From Chiloscyllium plagiosum (Eukaryota), in contig NC_057754.1 of assembly GCF_004010195.1 (NCBI RefSeq), forward strand, positions 8,294,360 to 8,346,732: a DNA stretch of 52,373 bases, read 5' to 3'. Below the pieces are notes generated by a model. It was not told where the DNA came from, did no database searches, and was given only the letters and a program-made list of their open reading frames with translations. This document shows, one piece after another, positions 1 through 11,812 of the stretch. How positions within the stretch are numbered: the first letter of the stretch is position 1; every line of letters begins with the position of its first letter. The translations under genes and the position numbers were made by a program.

Positions 1-465
1 CACTCTGGGAGCACTGTCCTGGCCACTCTGGGAGCACTGCCCTGGTCACTCTGGGAGCACTGTCCTGGCCACACTGGGAGCACTGTCCTGGCCACTCTGG
101 GAGCACTGTCCTGGCCACTCTGGGAGCACTGCCCTGGTCACTCTGGGAGCACTGTCCTGGTCACTCTGGGAGCACTGTCCTGGTCACTCTGGGAGCACTG
201 TCCTGGTCACTCTGGGAGCACTGTCCTGGTCACTCTGGGAGCACTGTCCTGGTCACTCTGGGAGCACTGTCCTGGTCACTCTGGGAGCACTGTCCTGGTC
301 ACTCTGGGAGCACTGTCCTGGTCACTCTGGGAGCACTGTCCTGGTCACTCTGGGAGCACTGTCCTGGTCACTCTGGGAGCACTGTCCTGGTCACTCTGGG
401 AGCACTGCCCTGGCCACACTGGGAGCACTGTCCTGGTCACTGTGGGAGCACTGTCCTGGTCACTG
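1..465. repeat. 23-bp minisatellite (cactctgggagcactgtcctggt)n
   Basis: About 20 near-perfect tandem copies, running off the window start. Confidence 0.95.
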
Positions 466-836
466 TCAGCCCGTGTCCATTCCCATGGGCATGTTTCCGA
501 TGAGGTCAGCATGAATCTTTCTGAATGTCATTGTGTTGTAGGGACGTACGGAGTAGCCATGTATTCCTCGGGACCCTGAGACCGGACATGATCCTGAATG
601 TCACAATGTGCCCTGGAATTCCCTGGCATTTCCATTCCTGCTGGATTTCGGCACTCTCCCAGCTGTTCTCCCAAATCACCACTCTATATTTTCATCGTTC
701 TGTCTATTGAGCCATCATATCCAGTGCCACAGGTCAAACACCTTTATTCAGACACTGCTCCTGTTCCGGTACTGTTAGGGTGCTACGTAGATTAAGGACG
801 TTGCTATACTTTGTACCAAAAATGTACAGGCAGGTT

Positions 837-840
<4 letters not shown>

Positions 841-877
<37 letters not shown>

Positions 878-1131
878 CGTCTCTCTCTCTCTCTTTCTCT
901 CTCTGTCTCTCGCTCTGTCCCTCTCTGTCTCTTTCTCTCTCTCTCCAACTCGCTCTCTCTGTCTCTCTCTCTCTCTCTCACACTCTCCCTCTCTCTCCCT
1001 CTCTCTCTGTCTCTGTCTCTCTCTCTCTCTCTGTCTCCCCCTGGGTCTCTCTCTCTCTCTCTCTCTCTGTGTCTCTCTCTCTCTCCCCCTGGGTCTCTCT
1101 CTCTCTCTCTGTTTCTGTCTCTCTCTGTGTC
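841..1131. repeat. (CT)n-rich microsatellite
   Basis: Imperfect CT/GA dinucleotide tract; it explains the ER/SL low-complexity ORFs. Confidence 0.95.
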
Positions 1132-1644
1132 TGAAGTTCTATCATTCACAGCAGATAAAGGTTCCTGGCTAAAATTGGAAGCCCACCTTTCTTTGACAGG
1201 GTGGTTGGGAGTGGCAGCTTATTACAGAGCACTGCACCTCCCTTGTAACCACAATTTTTCACAGCAGCAATCTAAGTGTAAATGTCAAAGTCTTGGCAGG
1301 TTTGGAGCTGTCTCCCACGGCTCTTAGCCAGCGATAAAGGCATGCGATAACACTCCATAATATGTGACCAGTAACCCACGCCAGACACCATGAGAGAGCT
1401 CCGCAGCGAGGGTGGGGTAGGTGGCCATGACTCAGAAGCATTTATCTTCCAAAAATGAAGCCGCCCCAGACCGCAGTCAGCCGCCTGCATCCAAAACATC
1501 CCCCTGGTTCGGAATCGCCTCTTCCCTGAGGGGGGAGCTGATTCAGAGCATGCTCAGAGGACAGGCTAACACAGGAAAGCTCAGCTAAATACCCAACGCG
1601 AAAGCCGAGTTGTCCCCTCCCTCTCGTTCCCCCAGGTTAGGGTT

Positions 1645-2100
1645 GCACAGCACGGAGACGGGCCCTTCGGCCCCTCTCGCCCATGCCAGCTCCTTTTCCC
1701 AAGCTAATCTAGTCCCATTGGCCTGCGTTTGGCCCAAATCCCTCATACAGCCATGGAGATGTCCAGCACTGAAACAGACCCTTCGGCCCAACTCATCCAG
1801 ATATCCTAAATGAATCCAGTCCATTTGGTTTATATTCCTCTAAACCCTTCAATCACACAGATTCTCCCCACTCTCTGGGTGAAGCCATGACTTCTCGTTT
1901 CAGTCCAATATGTCCTATCCCAGATGGATAGACCATGCCCCCCTAACACCCCCCCCCCGGGTTCTGGACTCCCCCCCCCCTTCTGCACTCCCCCCCCCCC
2001 CCCCACTGTCATCGGGAACAGCGTTCCTGCCTTCACCTTGTCTGGCCGTGTGAGAACTTTCTGTCAGAGCTCCCCCCCCCTCATCCTTCGAAACTCCATG
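1645..2100 (-). mobile_element. Degraded CR1/HER1-like LINE 3' end fragments
   Basis: Contains cagcactgaaacagacccttcggcccaactcatcc, the reverse complement of the LINE tail seen at 25000-25045; poly-C expansions. Confidence 0.65.
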
Positions 2101-2454
2101 GTGCAACCAGTCAGAGATCGTCCTGATACTGACCCATGGCGCTACATACTTCCTCCCTCAGGGTCATCAAAGCTGGGATGAGGGAAGTCATATAATCCTT
2201 GATTCAATCGATTAGCCGGGTCACAGCCAGAGCGACACGCCCACTCGGCGGCCATCTTGACAAAGCAAAGCTGGAAGCTCCCAGTGTTCTGAGGGCAGAG
2301 CTCCCTTTCTCCAGATCCAACAAGTATTATCCGCGCGTGTGGGGACTCCCGGGAATTGTCAGAGCTGGAGGTTGAGGAGGTTTGAGGACGGCACCAAAGA
2401 TTGTTGGTGTCGCGGATAGTGAAGAAGGTCACCACGCGATCTCGACCGGACCAG

Positions 2455-3175
2455 GTCAAGGTGTGGCAGATGGGGTTTAATTGAGGTAATTGTGAGGCGT
2501 TGCATTTTGGGAAGGCAAACCAGGGCAGGACTTATCCACTTAACGGGGGAGCCTTGAGGAGTGCTCCTGAACAAAGAGACCTCGGAGTGTAGGTACACAG
2601 TTCCTTAAAAGCGGAATCACAGGTTGGGCAGGGTATTAATGAAGGCATTTGGCACCGAGTGTCGGTCAGGCCGCTTTTAGAATACTGCGTTCAATTCTAC
2701 AGGAAGGATGTTGTGAAACTGGAAAAGGGTTCAGCAAAGATTGACAAGGATGTTGCCAGGGTTGGAGGGTTTGAGCTACAGGGAGCGGCTGAACAGGCTG
2801 GGGCTGTTTTCCCTGGAGCGTCGGAGGCTGAGGGGTGACCTTATAGAGGTTTATAAAATCATGAGGGGGCATGGATAGGGTAAATAGGCAAAGTCTTTTC
2901 CCTGGGGTCGGGGAGTCCAGAACTAGAGGTTAAGGGTGAGAGGGGAAAGATATAAAGGGGCAACTTTTTCACACAGAAGGTGGTATGTGTATGGAATGAG
3001 CTGCCAGAGGAAGTGGTGGAGGCTGGTACAACTGCAACATTTAAAAGGCACATGAATAGGAAGGGTTTGGAGGGATATGGGCCAAATGCTGGCAAATGGG
3101 ACGAGATGAATTTAGGACATCTGGTCGGCATAGAACAAGTTTGACCAGAGGGTCTGTTTCCGTACAGGACAGGTC
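2455..3175 (+). mobile_element. CR1/HER1-like LINE 3' fragment (RT C-terminus plus 3' UTR)
   Basis: Frameshifted WQM..LHFG..EQRDLGV and RMLPGLEGLSYRERLNRLGLFSLERRRLRGDLIEVYKIMRG motifs, then tail gggtctgtttccgt. Confidence 0.9.
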
Positions 3176-3375
3176 AATGACTGGATGAACAGGAATGCCA
3201 TTATCTGATATCACAGGCCAGTCAGCTCACTCTGATCGATGAGGTTCGGACTCGCTGCGTCATGCAGCACATGGCCCAGATTCAGAGCCCAGGCCGAAGC
3301 AGCAAGCAAGCTCTTCCTTCCTCATCCCGCCACCCACAACGCACATCCCCGTGCTCCTTAACCCTGAGCCAGTGC

Positions 3376-3999
3376 TGCACTGTCGGACAGTCAATGCTGA
3401 GGGAGTGCCACACTGTCGGAGGGTCAGTACTGAGGGAGTGCCACACTGTTGGAGGGTCAGAGCTGAGGGAGTGCCGCACTGTCGGATGGTCAGTACTGAG
3501 GGAGTGCCGCACTGTCGGAGGGTCAGTGCTGAGGGAGTGTCGCACTGTCGGAGGGTCAGTGCTGAGGGAATGGGCACTGTCGGAGGGTCAGTGCTGAGGG
3601 AGAGGGCACTGTCGGAGGGTCAGTACTGAGGGAGCGCCGCACTGTCTAAGGGTCAGTACTGAGGGAGTGGGCACTGTCGGAGGGTCAGTACTGAGGGAGT
3701 GCCGCACTGTCGGAGGGTCAGTACTGAGGGAGTGGGCACTGTCGGAGGGTCAGTGCTGAGGGAGTGGGCACTGTCAGAGGGTCAGTACTGAGGGAGTGCG
3801 GCACTGTCGGAGGGTCAGTGCTGAGGGAGTGCCGCACTGTCGGAGGGTCAGTGCTGAGGGAGTGGGCACTGTCGGAGGGTCAGTGCTGAGGGAGCGCCGC
3901 ACTGTCGGAGGGTCAGTACTGAGGGAGTGGGCACTGTCAGAGGGTCAGTACTGAGGGAGTGGGCACTGTCGGAGGGTCAGTGCTGAGGGAGTGGGCACT
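3376..3999 (+). repeat. 32-33-bp minisatellite (actgtcggagggtcagtactgagggagtgccgc)n
   Basis: About 19 tandem units; 11-aa periodicity in the overlapping spurious ORFs. Confidence 0.95.
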
Positions 4000-4203
4000 C
4001 TAAGTGTGTCTAAACTGAACAGTGGCAGCTGCTCTGTCCTTGCATGTTCCTGCCTCTCCTGCCCCATTCCATAAACCTTTTCTGTCCCTCTCCAAGGCCA
4101 TTGCACCATTCCGAAAGGAAAGAGGAGAAAACACAGTGATGCAGCTTGCCGGGGGGGGGGGGGGTGAGCTGTGATTTGTAAAGGTTTAGAAAACCATCCT
4201 TAC

Positions 4204-4485
4204 AGTTTAGAAATTCAGTTTGAATATTTGTTCAAATGGTGACAAGTTCAGTGTGGGAGTTATGTTGCTGAATAGAGTGCGATGCAAACACCTTTGTCCG
4301 ACTCATCCCTCGGTTTGACTGACTGCTCCTCATTCCTCGAAACCCCCGGATCCGAAATCCGTCTTGCAGAGCGTTCTCAGCATCTGGGGCTGTCACTTTG
4401 TGAATCCGCTCTCTGTGGGCTGAAAAGGGACTGGTGTTCGCCCACGTATCAAAACCATGCCTGCAGGATTCGGGGAAACTTTCAT
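4204..4485 (-). other. Candidate minus-strand (probably non-coding) exon
   Basis: Minus-strand acceptor ttttctttttgtcag (plus 4486-4500) and donor ct|gtaagg (plus 4198-4203) bracket 282 bp of non-repetitive sequence. No transcript evidence. Confidence 0.3.
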
Positions 4486-4679
4486 CTGACAAAAAGAAAA
4501 CTTGCATAATGACTTGCAGTAGAATAATGTTCAGCAAAGAGAGTGTTTCAGCCTGAGGGCTGATGCTCATTCTGACATTTTCTGTAATATTTCTACCGTC
4601 AGTAATTTGCAGTGCCTGGCTGCTTCTGTGTAATTGTTTTACTTATAAATAAATCTGATTGATTAGTTTAACCTGCAGA

Positions 4680-4965
4680 AATCACAGCAGCCAATTTGCA
4701 CACTGCAGGTTCATGGTATATGAAGAAAATTAATTTTCTCCTTCACACCAGGACTGTACCTCAATGGTATATCGTTGGCTGTTCAGCAATTCTGTATTTA
4801 TGTGATATGACTTATAACTGCAAGGTGCACTAGAATACATCAGCTTATCTGTTTTAAGCTGATGTTATTGGAGGTATAAATATTTCCCTCAGACATTGAA
4901 GAGGACGCTAGCAGCTGTACACTCAACAGGTTCTTAGTTCACCTGACAGAGCAAGTCCGGCTCTC
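4680..4965 (-). mobile_element. Degraded SacSINE1/Deu-like SINE body
   Basis: Reverse complement contains aatatttatacctccaataacatcagcttaaaacagataagctg and gtgtgcaaattggctgc, resembling the recalled Deu-SINE body; it runs directly into the 33-bp array. Confidence 0.6.
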
Positions 4966-5259
4966 ACTCTCAACTGACCCTCCGACAGGGCGGCACTCAC
5001 TCTCAACTGACCCTCCCACAGTGCGGCACTCCCTCAATACTGACCCTCCCACAGTGCGACACACCCTCAGTAAAGACCCTCCCACAGTGCGACACACCCT
5101 CAGTACTGACCATCCCACAGTGCGGCAGTCCCTCAGTACTGACCATCACACAGTGCGGCAGTCCCTCAGCACTGACCCTCCAACAGTGCGGCACTCCCTC
5201 AGTACTGACCCTCCCACAGTGCGGCAGTCCCTCAGTACTGACCCTCCCACAGTGCGACA
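4966..5259 (-). repeat. 33-bp minisatellite, inverted relative to 3376-3999
   Basis: (ctcagtactgaccctcccacagtgcggcactcc)n is the reverse complement of the upstream array; it ends at the N gap. Confidence 0.93.
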
Positions 5260-5759
5260 NNNNNNNNNNNNNNNNNNNNNNNNNNNNNNNNNNNNNNNNN
5301 NNNNNNNNNNNNNNNNNNNNNNNNNNNNNNNNNNNNNNNNNNNNNNNNNNNNNNNNNNNNNNNNNNNNNNNNNNNNNNNNNNNNNNNNNNNNNNNNNNNN
5401 NNNNNNNNNNNNNNNNNNNNNNNNNNNNNNNNNNNNNNNNNNNNNNNNNNNNNNNNNNNNNNNNNNNNNNNNNNNNNNNNNNNNNNNNNNNNNNNNNNNN
5501 NNNNNNNNNNNNNNNNNNNNNNNNNNNNNNNNNNNNNNNNNNNNNNNNNNNNNNNNNNNNNNNNNNNNNNNNNNNNNNNNNNNNNNNNNNNNNNNNNNNN
5601 NNNNNNNNNNNNNNNNNNNNNNNNNNNNNNNNNNNNNNNNNNNNNNNNNNNNNNNNNNNNNNNNNNNNNNNNNNNNNNNNNNNNNNNNNNNNNNNNNNNN
5701 NNNNNNNNNNNNNNNNNNNNNNNNNNNNNNNNNNNNNNNNNNNNNNNNNNNNNNNNNNN
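5260..5759. other. Assembly gap (500 N)
   Basis: Run of exactly 500 N with different repeats on each side. Confidence 0.99.
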
Positions 5760-6840
5760 CTCATAGTGCCCTGGGATGTGCAAGTTCGAGTGGGTTGGCC
5801 GTGCTAAATTGCCCCATAGTGCCCAGGGATGTGCAGGTTAGGGTGGATTGGCCATGCTAAATTGCCTCATAGTGCCCCGGGATGTGCAGGTTAGGGAGGA
5901 TTGGCCATGCTAAATTGTCCCATAGTGCCCAGGGATGTGCAGATTAGATTGGAATGGCCATGCTAAATTACTCATAGTGCCCAGGGATGTGCAGGTTAGG
6001 GTGGATTGACCGTGCTAAATTGTCCCATCGTGTCCAGGGATATGCAGGTTAGGGTGGATTGGCCGTGCTAAATTACCCATAGTGCCCAGGGATGTGTAGG
6101 TTAGGGTGGATTGGCCGTGCTAAATTAACCATAGTACCCAGAGATGTGCAGGTTAGGGTGGATTGGCAGTGCTAAATTACCCATAGTGCCCAGGGATGTG
6201 CAGGTTAGGGTGGATTGGCCGTGCTAAATTGTCCCATCGTGTCCAGGGATATGCAGGTTAGGGTGGATTGGCCGTGCTAAATTACCCATAGTGCCCAGGA
6301 ATGTGTAGGTTAGGGTGGATTGGCCATGCTAAATTGTCCCATAATGTCCAGGGATATGCAGGCTAGGGTGCATTGGCTGTGCTAAATTACCCATAGTGCC
6401 CAGGGATGTGCAGGTTAGGGTAGAATGGCCGTGCTAAATTACTCATAGTGCCCAGAGATGTGTAGGTTAGGATGGATTGGCTGTGCTAAATTACCCATAG
6501 TGCCCAGGGATGTGTAGGTTAGGATGGATTGGCTGTTCTAAATTATCCCATAGTGCCCAGGGATGTGCAGGTTAGGGTGGATTGGCCGTGCTAAATTACC
6601 CCATAGCATTAAGTGCATTAGTCAGGGTAGGATAATGGGTCTGAGTGTGTCACTGCTCGGAGGGTCAGTGTGGATTTGTTGGGTCGAATGGCCTGTTTCC
6701 ATACCGTAGGGAATCTAAATTGCCCATAGTGTTAGATGCATTAGTCAGAGACAAATGGGTCTGGGTGGGATACTCTTCAGAGGGTTGGTGTGAACTTGTT
6801 GGGCCGAATGACCTGTTTCCACCGTTTTGATAAACTAATC
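5760..6840 (+). repeat. 53-bp tandem array inside an HE1-like SINE, followed by two HE1 3' tails
   Basis: About 16 units of gatgtgcaggttagggtggattggccgtgctaaattgtcccatagtgcccagg to ~6605; the tail gagggtcagtgtggatttgttgggtcgaatggcctgtttcc occurs twice (6606-6716 and 6717-6840). Confidence 0.9.
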
Positions 6841-7104
6841 TTGCCCTCACCTCTACAAGCTAAAGAGTTTTCTTTCCTGCTTGTGTGAATTAATTTGGTC
6901 TGCCCATGGAAACCTGCCGCACTGACCTGATCTGACCTACATGTGACTCCAGGCCCCACTGCAATGTGGTTGACTCTTCACTGCCCCTTCGGAAATGGCC
7001 TGGAGAGGTAATTAGGGATAGGCAAAAAGAAAAGCTGGTCTTACCAGAGAGGCCCACATCCCAAGGAAGAATTAAAAATGTGATTGGGATTCCTGGATAT
7101 TGAC

Positions 7105-7431
7105 TCAAGAGTTGGACAAGACATTGGTGAGGCCACCTTTGTCTGCAACTCTGGTCACCTTGCTATAGGAAGGATGTTATTAAACTGGAAAAGGTACAAA
7201 GGAGATTTGCAAGGATGTTATCGAGACTGAAAGGTTTCAGTTATAAAGGAAGGCTGGATAGGCCAGGAGTTTTCCCCCTGGAGTGTATGAGGCTGAGGGG
7301 TGACCTTATAGAGGGGTGTGGATGGGGTGAACAGGCAAGGTTTTTTTCCCCAGTGTAGGGGAGTCCAAAACTAGAGGGCATAGGATTCAGTTGAGAGAGG
7401 AAAGAGAGGGCAACATTTTCATAAATAGGGT

Positions 7432-7466
<35 letters not shown>

Positions 7467-7760
7467 TGTGGGGTGTGTGGTGTGTGTATGTACATGAGTG
7501 TATGTGTGTATACGTGAGTGTGTGGTGTGTGTGTGTGCGTATACGTGAGTGTGTGTGGGGTGTGTGTCTGTGTGTGTGTCTGTGTGTATATAGGGTGTGA
7601 TAGAGGCGGGTACAATTCCAACATTTCTAGGGCCTTTGGACAGGTATATGAATAGGAAGGATGTAGAGGGATATGGGACGAGTTCACTTTAGGAAATCTG
7701 GTCAGCCTGGATGAGTTGGGCCGAAAGCCTGTTTCTATGCTGTCCTCTCTCTGACTCCAG
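7105..7760 (+). mobile_element. CR1-like LINE 3' fragment interrupted by a (TG)n tract at ~7432-7598
   Basis: gtcaccttgctataggaaggatgttattaaactggaaaagg...gaggggtgaccttatagagg; the LINE resumes after the TG tract and ends in the tail. Confidence 0.85.
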
Positions 7761-8380
7761 TCAATTCGGTGAAACCTTTGAGCTTGCTGTTCTCAGCTCG
7801 TTTGCTGTGAAGGATTAGGATTCACATTTGTGGAGATAGTGGTCCCATCTCCGGACCAGGAAGCCAGCCTATGGGAATGTAGGTTCGGATCCCTCCAGGG
7901 CAGTGACCGTAGTTTTAATCAACCAGATGTGGTTAACTAATGTCGTCAACCCCCCCCGCCCCCCCCACCCTAGTCAGGTTCCCCTGATGTCCCTTCAGGG
8001 CAGAAAATCCACCTCCACTTGACTCCAACCCTGCAGTGACATGGTCATCCTCTCAAATGGCCCGAGCAAACCCACTCAGCACCAGGGGCAACGAGGGTTG
8101 GGCAAGGGGGAGTAGGCCATTCAGTCGCTTCCAGCCTGTTCCGCCATTCAGTGAGATCAGGGCTGACCTGTGGCCTAACACCACCAACCTGCCTCTGACC
8201 CATATCTCTTCATACCTTTGCTGGACAAAGATTTGTGGACGAGAGTTCCAAACCTCTACCACACTTTGTGTTGTAGACGTGCTTCATAATATCTCTCCTG
8301 AATGCTCCGGCCCTAGTTCTCAGACTCGGCCCCCTTCCCGGCTCCTCATTCAAGGGGCTTTGCTGGTCTTACCCGTCATG

Positions 8381-8520
8381 GAGAAAGTGGGGACTGCAGA
8401 TGCTGGAGACCAGAGTCGAAAGGGAGTGTGGGGTGCTGAAAAAGCACAGCAGGTCAGGCAGCACCCGAGGAGCACGAGAATCGACGTTTCGGGCATAAGC
8501 CCTTCATCAGGAATGAGGGC
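8381..8520 (-). mobile_element. PLE-derived terminal repeat, family A, solo arm
   Basis: gagaaagtggggactgcagatgctggagac...gacgtttcgggcataagcccttcatcaggaatgagg, the same arm as in the fold-backs at 23518 and 48946. Confidence 0.85.
8483..8510 (-). ncRNA. Minimal hammerhead ribozyme motif (family A)
   Basis: Minus strand reads CUGAUGA A GGGC-UUAU-GCCC GAAAC GUC: canonical core, 4-bp stem II, palindromic ACGU in place of stem III. Confidence 0.7.
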
Positions 8521-8635
8521 CCACAGTGAGCCCCACATACTGTGAGAGATCGAAAGGCAAATGGAATCTATAGCACCGTTGAGCATTAGGGATTGGCTTT
8601 GACAAGTTCAGGTCACCACAGTGTCACTCTCTCAT

Positions 8636-10120
8636 CTAAATTGCCCCATAGTGCCCAGGGATGTACATGTTAGGGTGGATTGGCCATGCTAAATTGTCCC
8701 ATAGTATCCAGGGATGTGCAGGTTAGGGGGGATTGGCCGTACTAAATTGTCCCATAGTATCCAGGGATGTGCAGGTTAGGGGGGATTGGCCGTGCTAAAT
8801 TGCCCCATAGTGTCCAGGGAATGTGCAGGTTAGGGTGGATTGGCCGTGCTATATTGTCCCATAGTGTCCCGGGATGTGCAGGTTAGGGTGGATTGGCCGT
8901 GCTAAATTGTCCCATAGTGCCCAGGGATGTGCAGGTTAGGGTGGATTGGACGTGCTTAATTGTTCCATAGTGTCTTGGGATGTGCAGGTTAGGGTGGATT
9001 GGCCGTGCTAAATTGTCCCATAGTGTCCAGGGGTGTGCAGTTTAGGGTGGATTGGCCATGCTAAATTCTCCCATAGTGCCCAAAGATGTGCAGGTTAGGG
9101 TGGATTGGCCGTGCTAAATTGCCCCATAGTGTCCAGGGATGTCCATGTTAGGGTGGATTGGCCATGCTAAATTGTCCTATAGTGCCCAGGGATGTGCAGG
9201 TTAGTGTGGATTGGCCATGCTAAATTGTCCCATAGTGCTCAGGGATGTGCAGGTGAGGGTTGTTGGCCATGCTAAATTGTCCCATAATGCCCAGGGATGT
9301 GCAGGTTAGGGTAGATTGGCCATGCTAAATTGTCCCATAGTGCCCAGGGATGTGCAGAATAGGATGGATTGGCCATACTAAATTACCTCATAGTGCCCTG
9401 GGATGTGCAGGTTAGGGTTGGTTTGCCATGCTAAATTGCCCCATAGTGCCCAGGGACGTGCAGGTTAGGGTGGATTGGCCATGCTAAATTGTCCTATAGT
9501 GTCCAGGAATATGCAGGTTAGGGTGGATTGGCCGTGCTAAATTGTCCCATAGTGTCCAGGAATGTGCAGGTTAGGGTGGATTGGCCGTGCTAAATTGTCC
9601 CATAGTGCCCAGGGATGTGCAGGTTAGGGTGGATTGGCCGTGCTAAATTGCCCCATAGTGCCCAAAGATGTGCAGGTTAGGNNNNNNNNNNNNNNNNNNN
9701 NNNNNNNNNNNNNNNNNNNNNNNNNNNNNNNNNNNNNNNNNNNNNNNNNNNNNNNNNNNNNNNNNNNNNNNNNNNNNNNNNNNNNNNNNNNNNNNNNNNN
9801 NNNNNNNNNNNNNNNNNNNNNNNNNNNNNNNNNNNNNNNNNNNNNNNNNNNNNNNNNNNNNNNNNNNNNNNNNNNGTGCAGGTTCGGGTGGATTGGCCGT
9901 GCTAAATTGTCCCATAGTGCCCAGGGATGTGCAGAATAGGATGGATTGGCCGTGCTAAATTGCCCCATAGTGCCCAGGGGTGTGCAGGTTAGGGTGGATT
10001 GGCCATGGGAAATGCAGGGTTACAGAAATAGGGTAGGGGGTTGGTCTGGGTGAGATGCTCTTCGGAGGGTCGGTGTTGACTCGATGGGCCGAATGGCCTG
10101 CCTCCACACTGTGGGGATTC
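8636..10120 (+). repeat. 53-bp HE1-derived tandem array (N gap at 9682-9875) plus HE1 tail
   Basis: More than 20 units of the same 53-mer; tail ggagggtcggtgttgactcgatgggccgaatggcctgcctccacactgt. Confidence 0.92.
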
Positions 10121-10809
10121 TGCGATTCCCCCAGCCCGAGAACTGGCGGACTCACTGGTACCAGCAGGCCCAACAGTGAACATTGGAGTCCTCCAAAGTG
10201 GTGCACACCTCAAAACGGCCAAGATGTCACCACCTATTTACAGAAGGAAGGGAGGAAAAGCTACTGCACGAATTCCTCCATTTTCCATACGTACAAGATG
10301 CAACAGAGGTACCAGAGCAAGGATGCCTCATATTTTGTAGAAGGAGGGAGTTGCTGAGGCCTGAGAAAAGTGACTTGTAAAAAGCCTGATCAGGAGCATT
10401 TCTTCATCCAGATGTCGGCCTGAGACCAGCCGGGGAGGGGAGGTCAGATTGCTCAATGGCTTTGGGAGAGAATGGGGTGGGTTTGGCTTGACAGAAAATA
10501 ACTAAGTCCAGCATCTTGAGGTGGGAGATGGCGGTTAGGAAAGGCAAGAGTGTCTGAGGCCGGGCAGGTCTGAAGAGGAAAGGGGCTGGTGGGAGACGAT
10601 GTAGGGGGAGGATTCCAAAGGGGAATAACTCGATCTGTAACCTGAGGACATTATTGGCTAACAGACTGACTGGCACAAGCACAAGATGTAGAGAGACCAC
10701 AATGAAGGAAGCAAGCGCCAGTCTGTGGACAGAGCATGCTTCAGAGAAGTATTACCTCACAGAATGAGCTCATTCGGCCCATCATTCCTGCACGCCCTCC
10801 AGCCAAGCC

Positions 10810-10990
10810 AAACCCAGAAACAGAAATTGCTGGAGAAGCTCTGGCAAAGAGAAACAGAGTTAACCTTGCGGGCACAGCGACCCCTCTTTCAGAACTACGG
10901 GAGATCTGAAACCTAGCCAGACCTGCTGAGTTTCTCCAGCAGTTTAACAGTTTTATTTCAGCTCTCCAGCTCCCGCGGCTCTGCATTCCA
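10810..10990. mobile_element. Degenerate PLE-type fold-back remnant (family C)
   Basis: aattgctggagaagctctggc...cagacctgctgagtttctccagcagtt imperfect inverted arms; decayed hammerhead-like agttctgaaagaggggtcgctgtgcccgcaaggttaact on the minus strand. Confidence 0.5.
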
Positions 10991-11446
10991 TTTAAGGGAG
11001 ACATGTTCTGTTTTCTAGCTGCAAGTTTTGTGATTCAGTTGAACGAGTGTGGGCGACGTTCTGAAGTAGGATTGGTTTTCTGTGTCTGAGCCCAGCATTT
11101 TGTTTGTCTTACTGATAACTTCTTAAAGCATTGGGACAAAGTATTTCAGCTGCCTTTATCCAATTTTCTCAAGTTAAACTCCAATTCTGAGAATTAAATG
11201 TTATATACTAAAGTGCACAAATCATGAGTGAGGTATTTGATTAGAATTATTACTGTCACATGTACCGCGGTACAGTGAAACGTTTTGTTTTGCGTGCAGT
11301 GCAGGTAGATCATACCGTACAAAGAGCATCAGGGTAATAGAAAAGAGCGAGGAATGCAATGCTACAGCTGCAGAGAAAGTGCGCAGAGAGTTAGATTAAC
11401 ATTAAATTTAAATGTAGGCTTGCTCGCTGAGCTGGAAGGTTCATTT

Positions 11447-11486
11447 CCAGACGTTTCGTTACCCTACTAGGTAACATCTTCAGTGG
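11447..11486 (-). ncRNA. Minimal hammerhead ribozyme motif (family B)
   Basis: Minus: CCA CUGAAGA U GUUACC-UAGUAG-GGUAAC GAAAC GUC UGG; stem I CCA/UGG and a perfect 6-bp stem II. Confidence 0.78.
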
Positions 11487-11772
11487 GCCTCTGGACGAAG
11501 CATTGCTGAAAATTCCTGCTTTCTATTTATATGTTGGGCTTCTTTGGGTTGGCAATGTCATTTCCTGTGGTGATGTTATTTCCTGTGGTGAAGTCACTTC
11601 CTGTTACTTTTCTCAGGGGGTAGTAGTTGGGGTCTAACTCGATGTGTTTGTTGATAGAGTTCCGGTTGGAATGCCATGCTTCTAGGAATTCTCATGCGTG
11701 TCTCTGTTTGGCTTGACCTAGGATGGATGTATTGTCCCAGTTGATAATTTTCAGCATTGCTTCACCTGAGGC

Positions 11773-11812
11773 CCACTGAAGATGTTACATAGTAGGGTGA
11801 CGAAACGTCTGG
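11773..11812 (+). ncRNA. Minimal hammerhead ribozyme motif (family B)
   Basis: CCA CUGAAGA U GUUAC-AUAGUAGG-GUGAC GAAAC GUC UGG. Confidence 0.72.

Noticed and set aside
775..1172. ER/RE- and SL-rich ORFs
   Set aside because: Translations of a CT microsatellite.
3260..3629. Cys/His-periodic ORFs resembling zinc fingers
   Set aside because: An 11-aa period produced by the 33-bp minisatellite; open in several frames on both strands.
5003..5860. Long ORFs across N runs (also ~9624-9968 and ~32553-33387)
   Set aside because: Artefacts of assembly gaps. The 500-N gap also means contiguity of 1-5259 with the rest is unverified.
8076..8095. REST/NRSE-like motif (also 17277-17297)
   Set aside because: Only the left half-site matches, and the 8076 site lies in a SINE tail.
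5760..10010. Regular repeats resembling a CRISPR array or telomere
   Set aside because: Contiguous tandem units with no unique spacers, eukaryotic context, no cas genes; only one TTAGGG per 53 bp.
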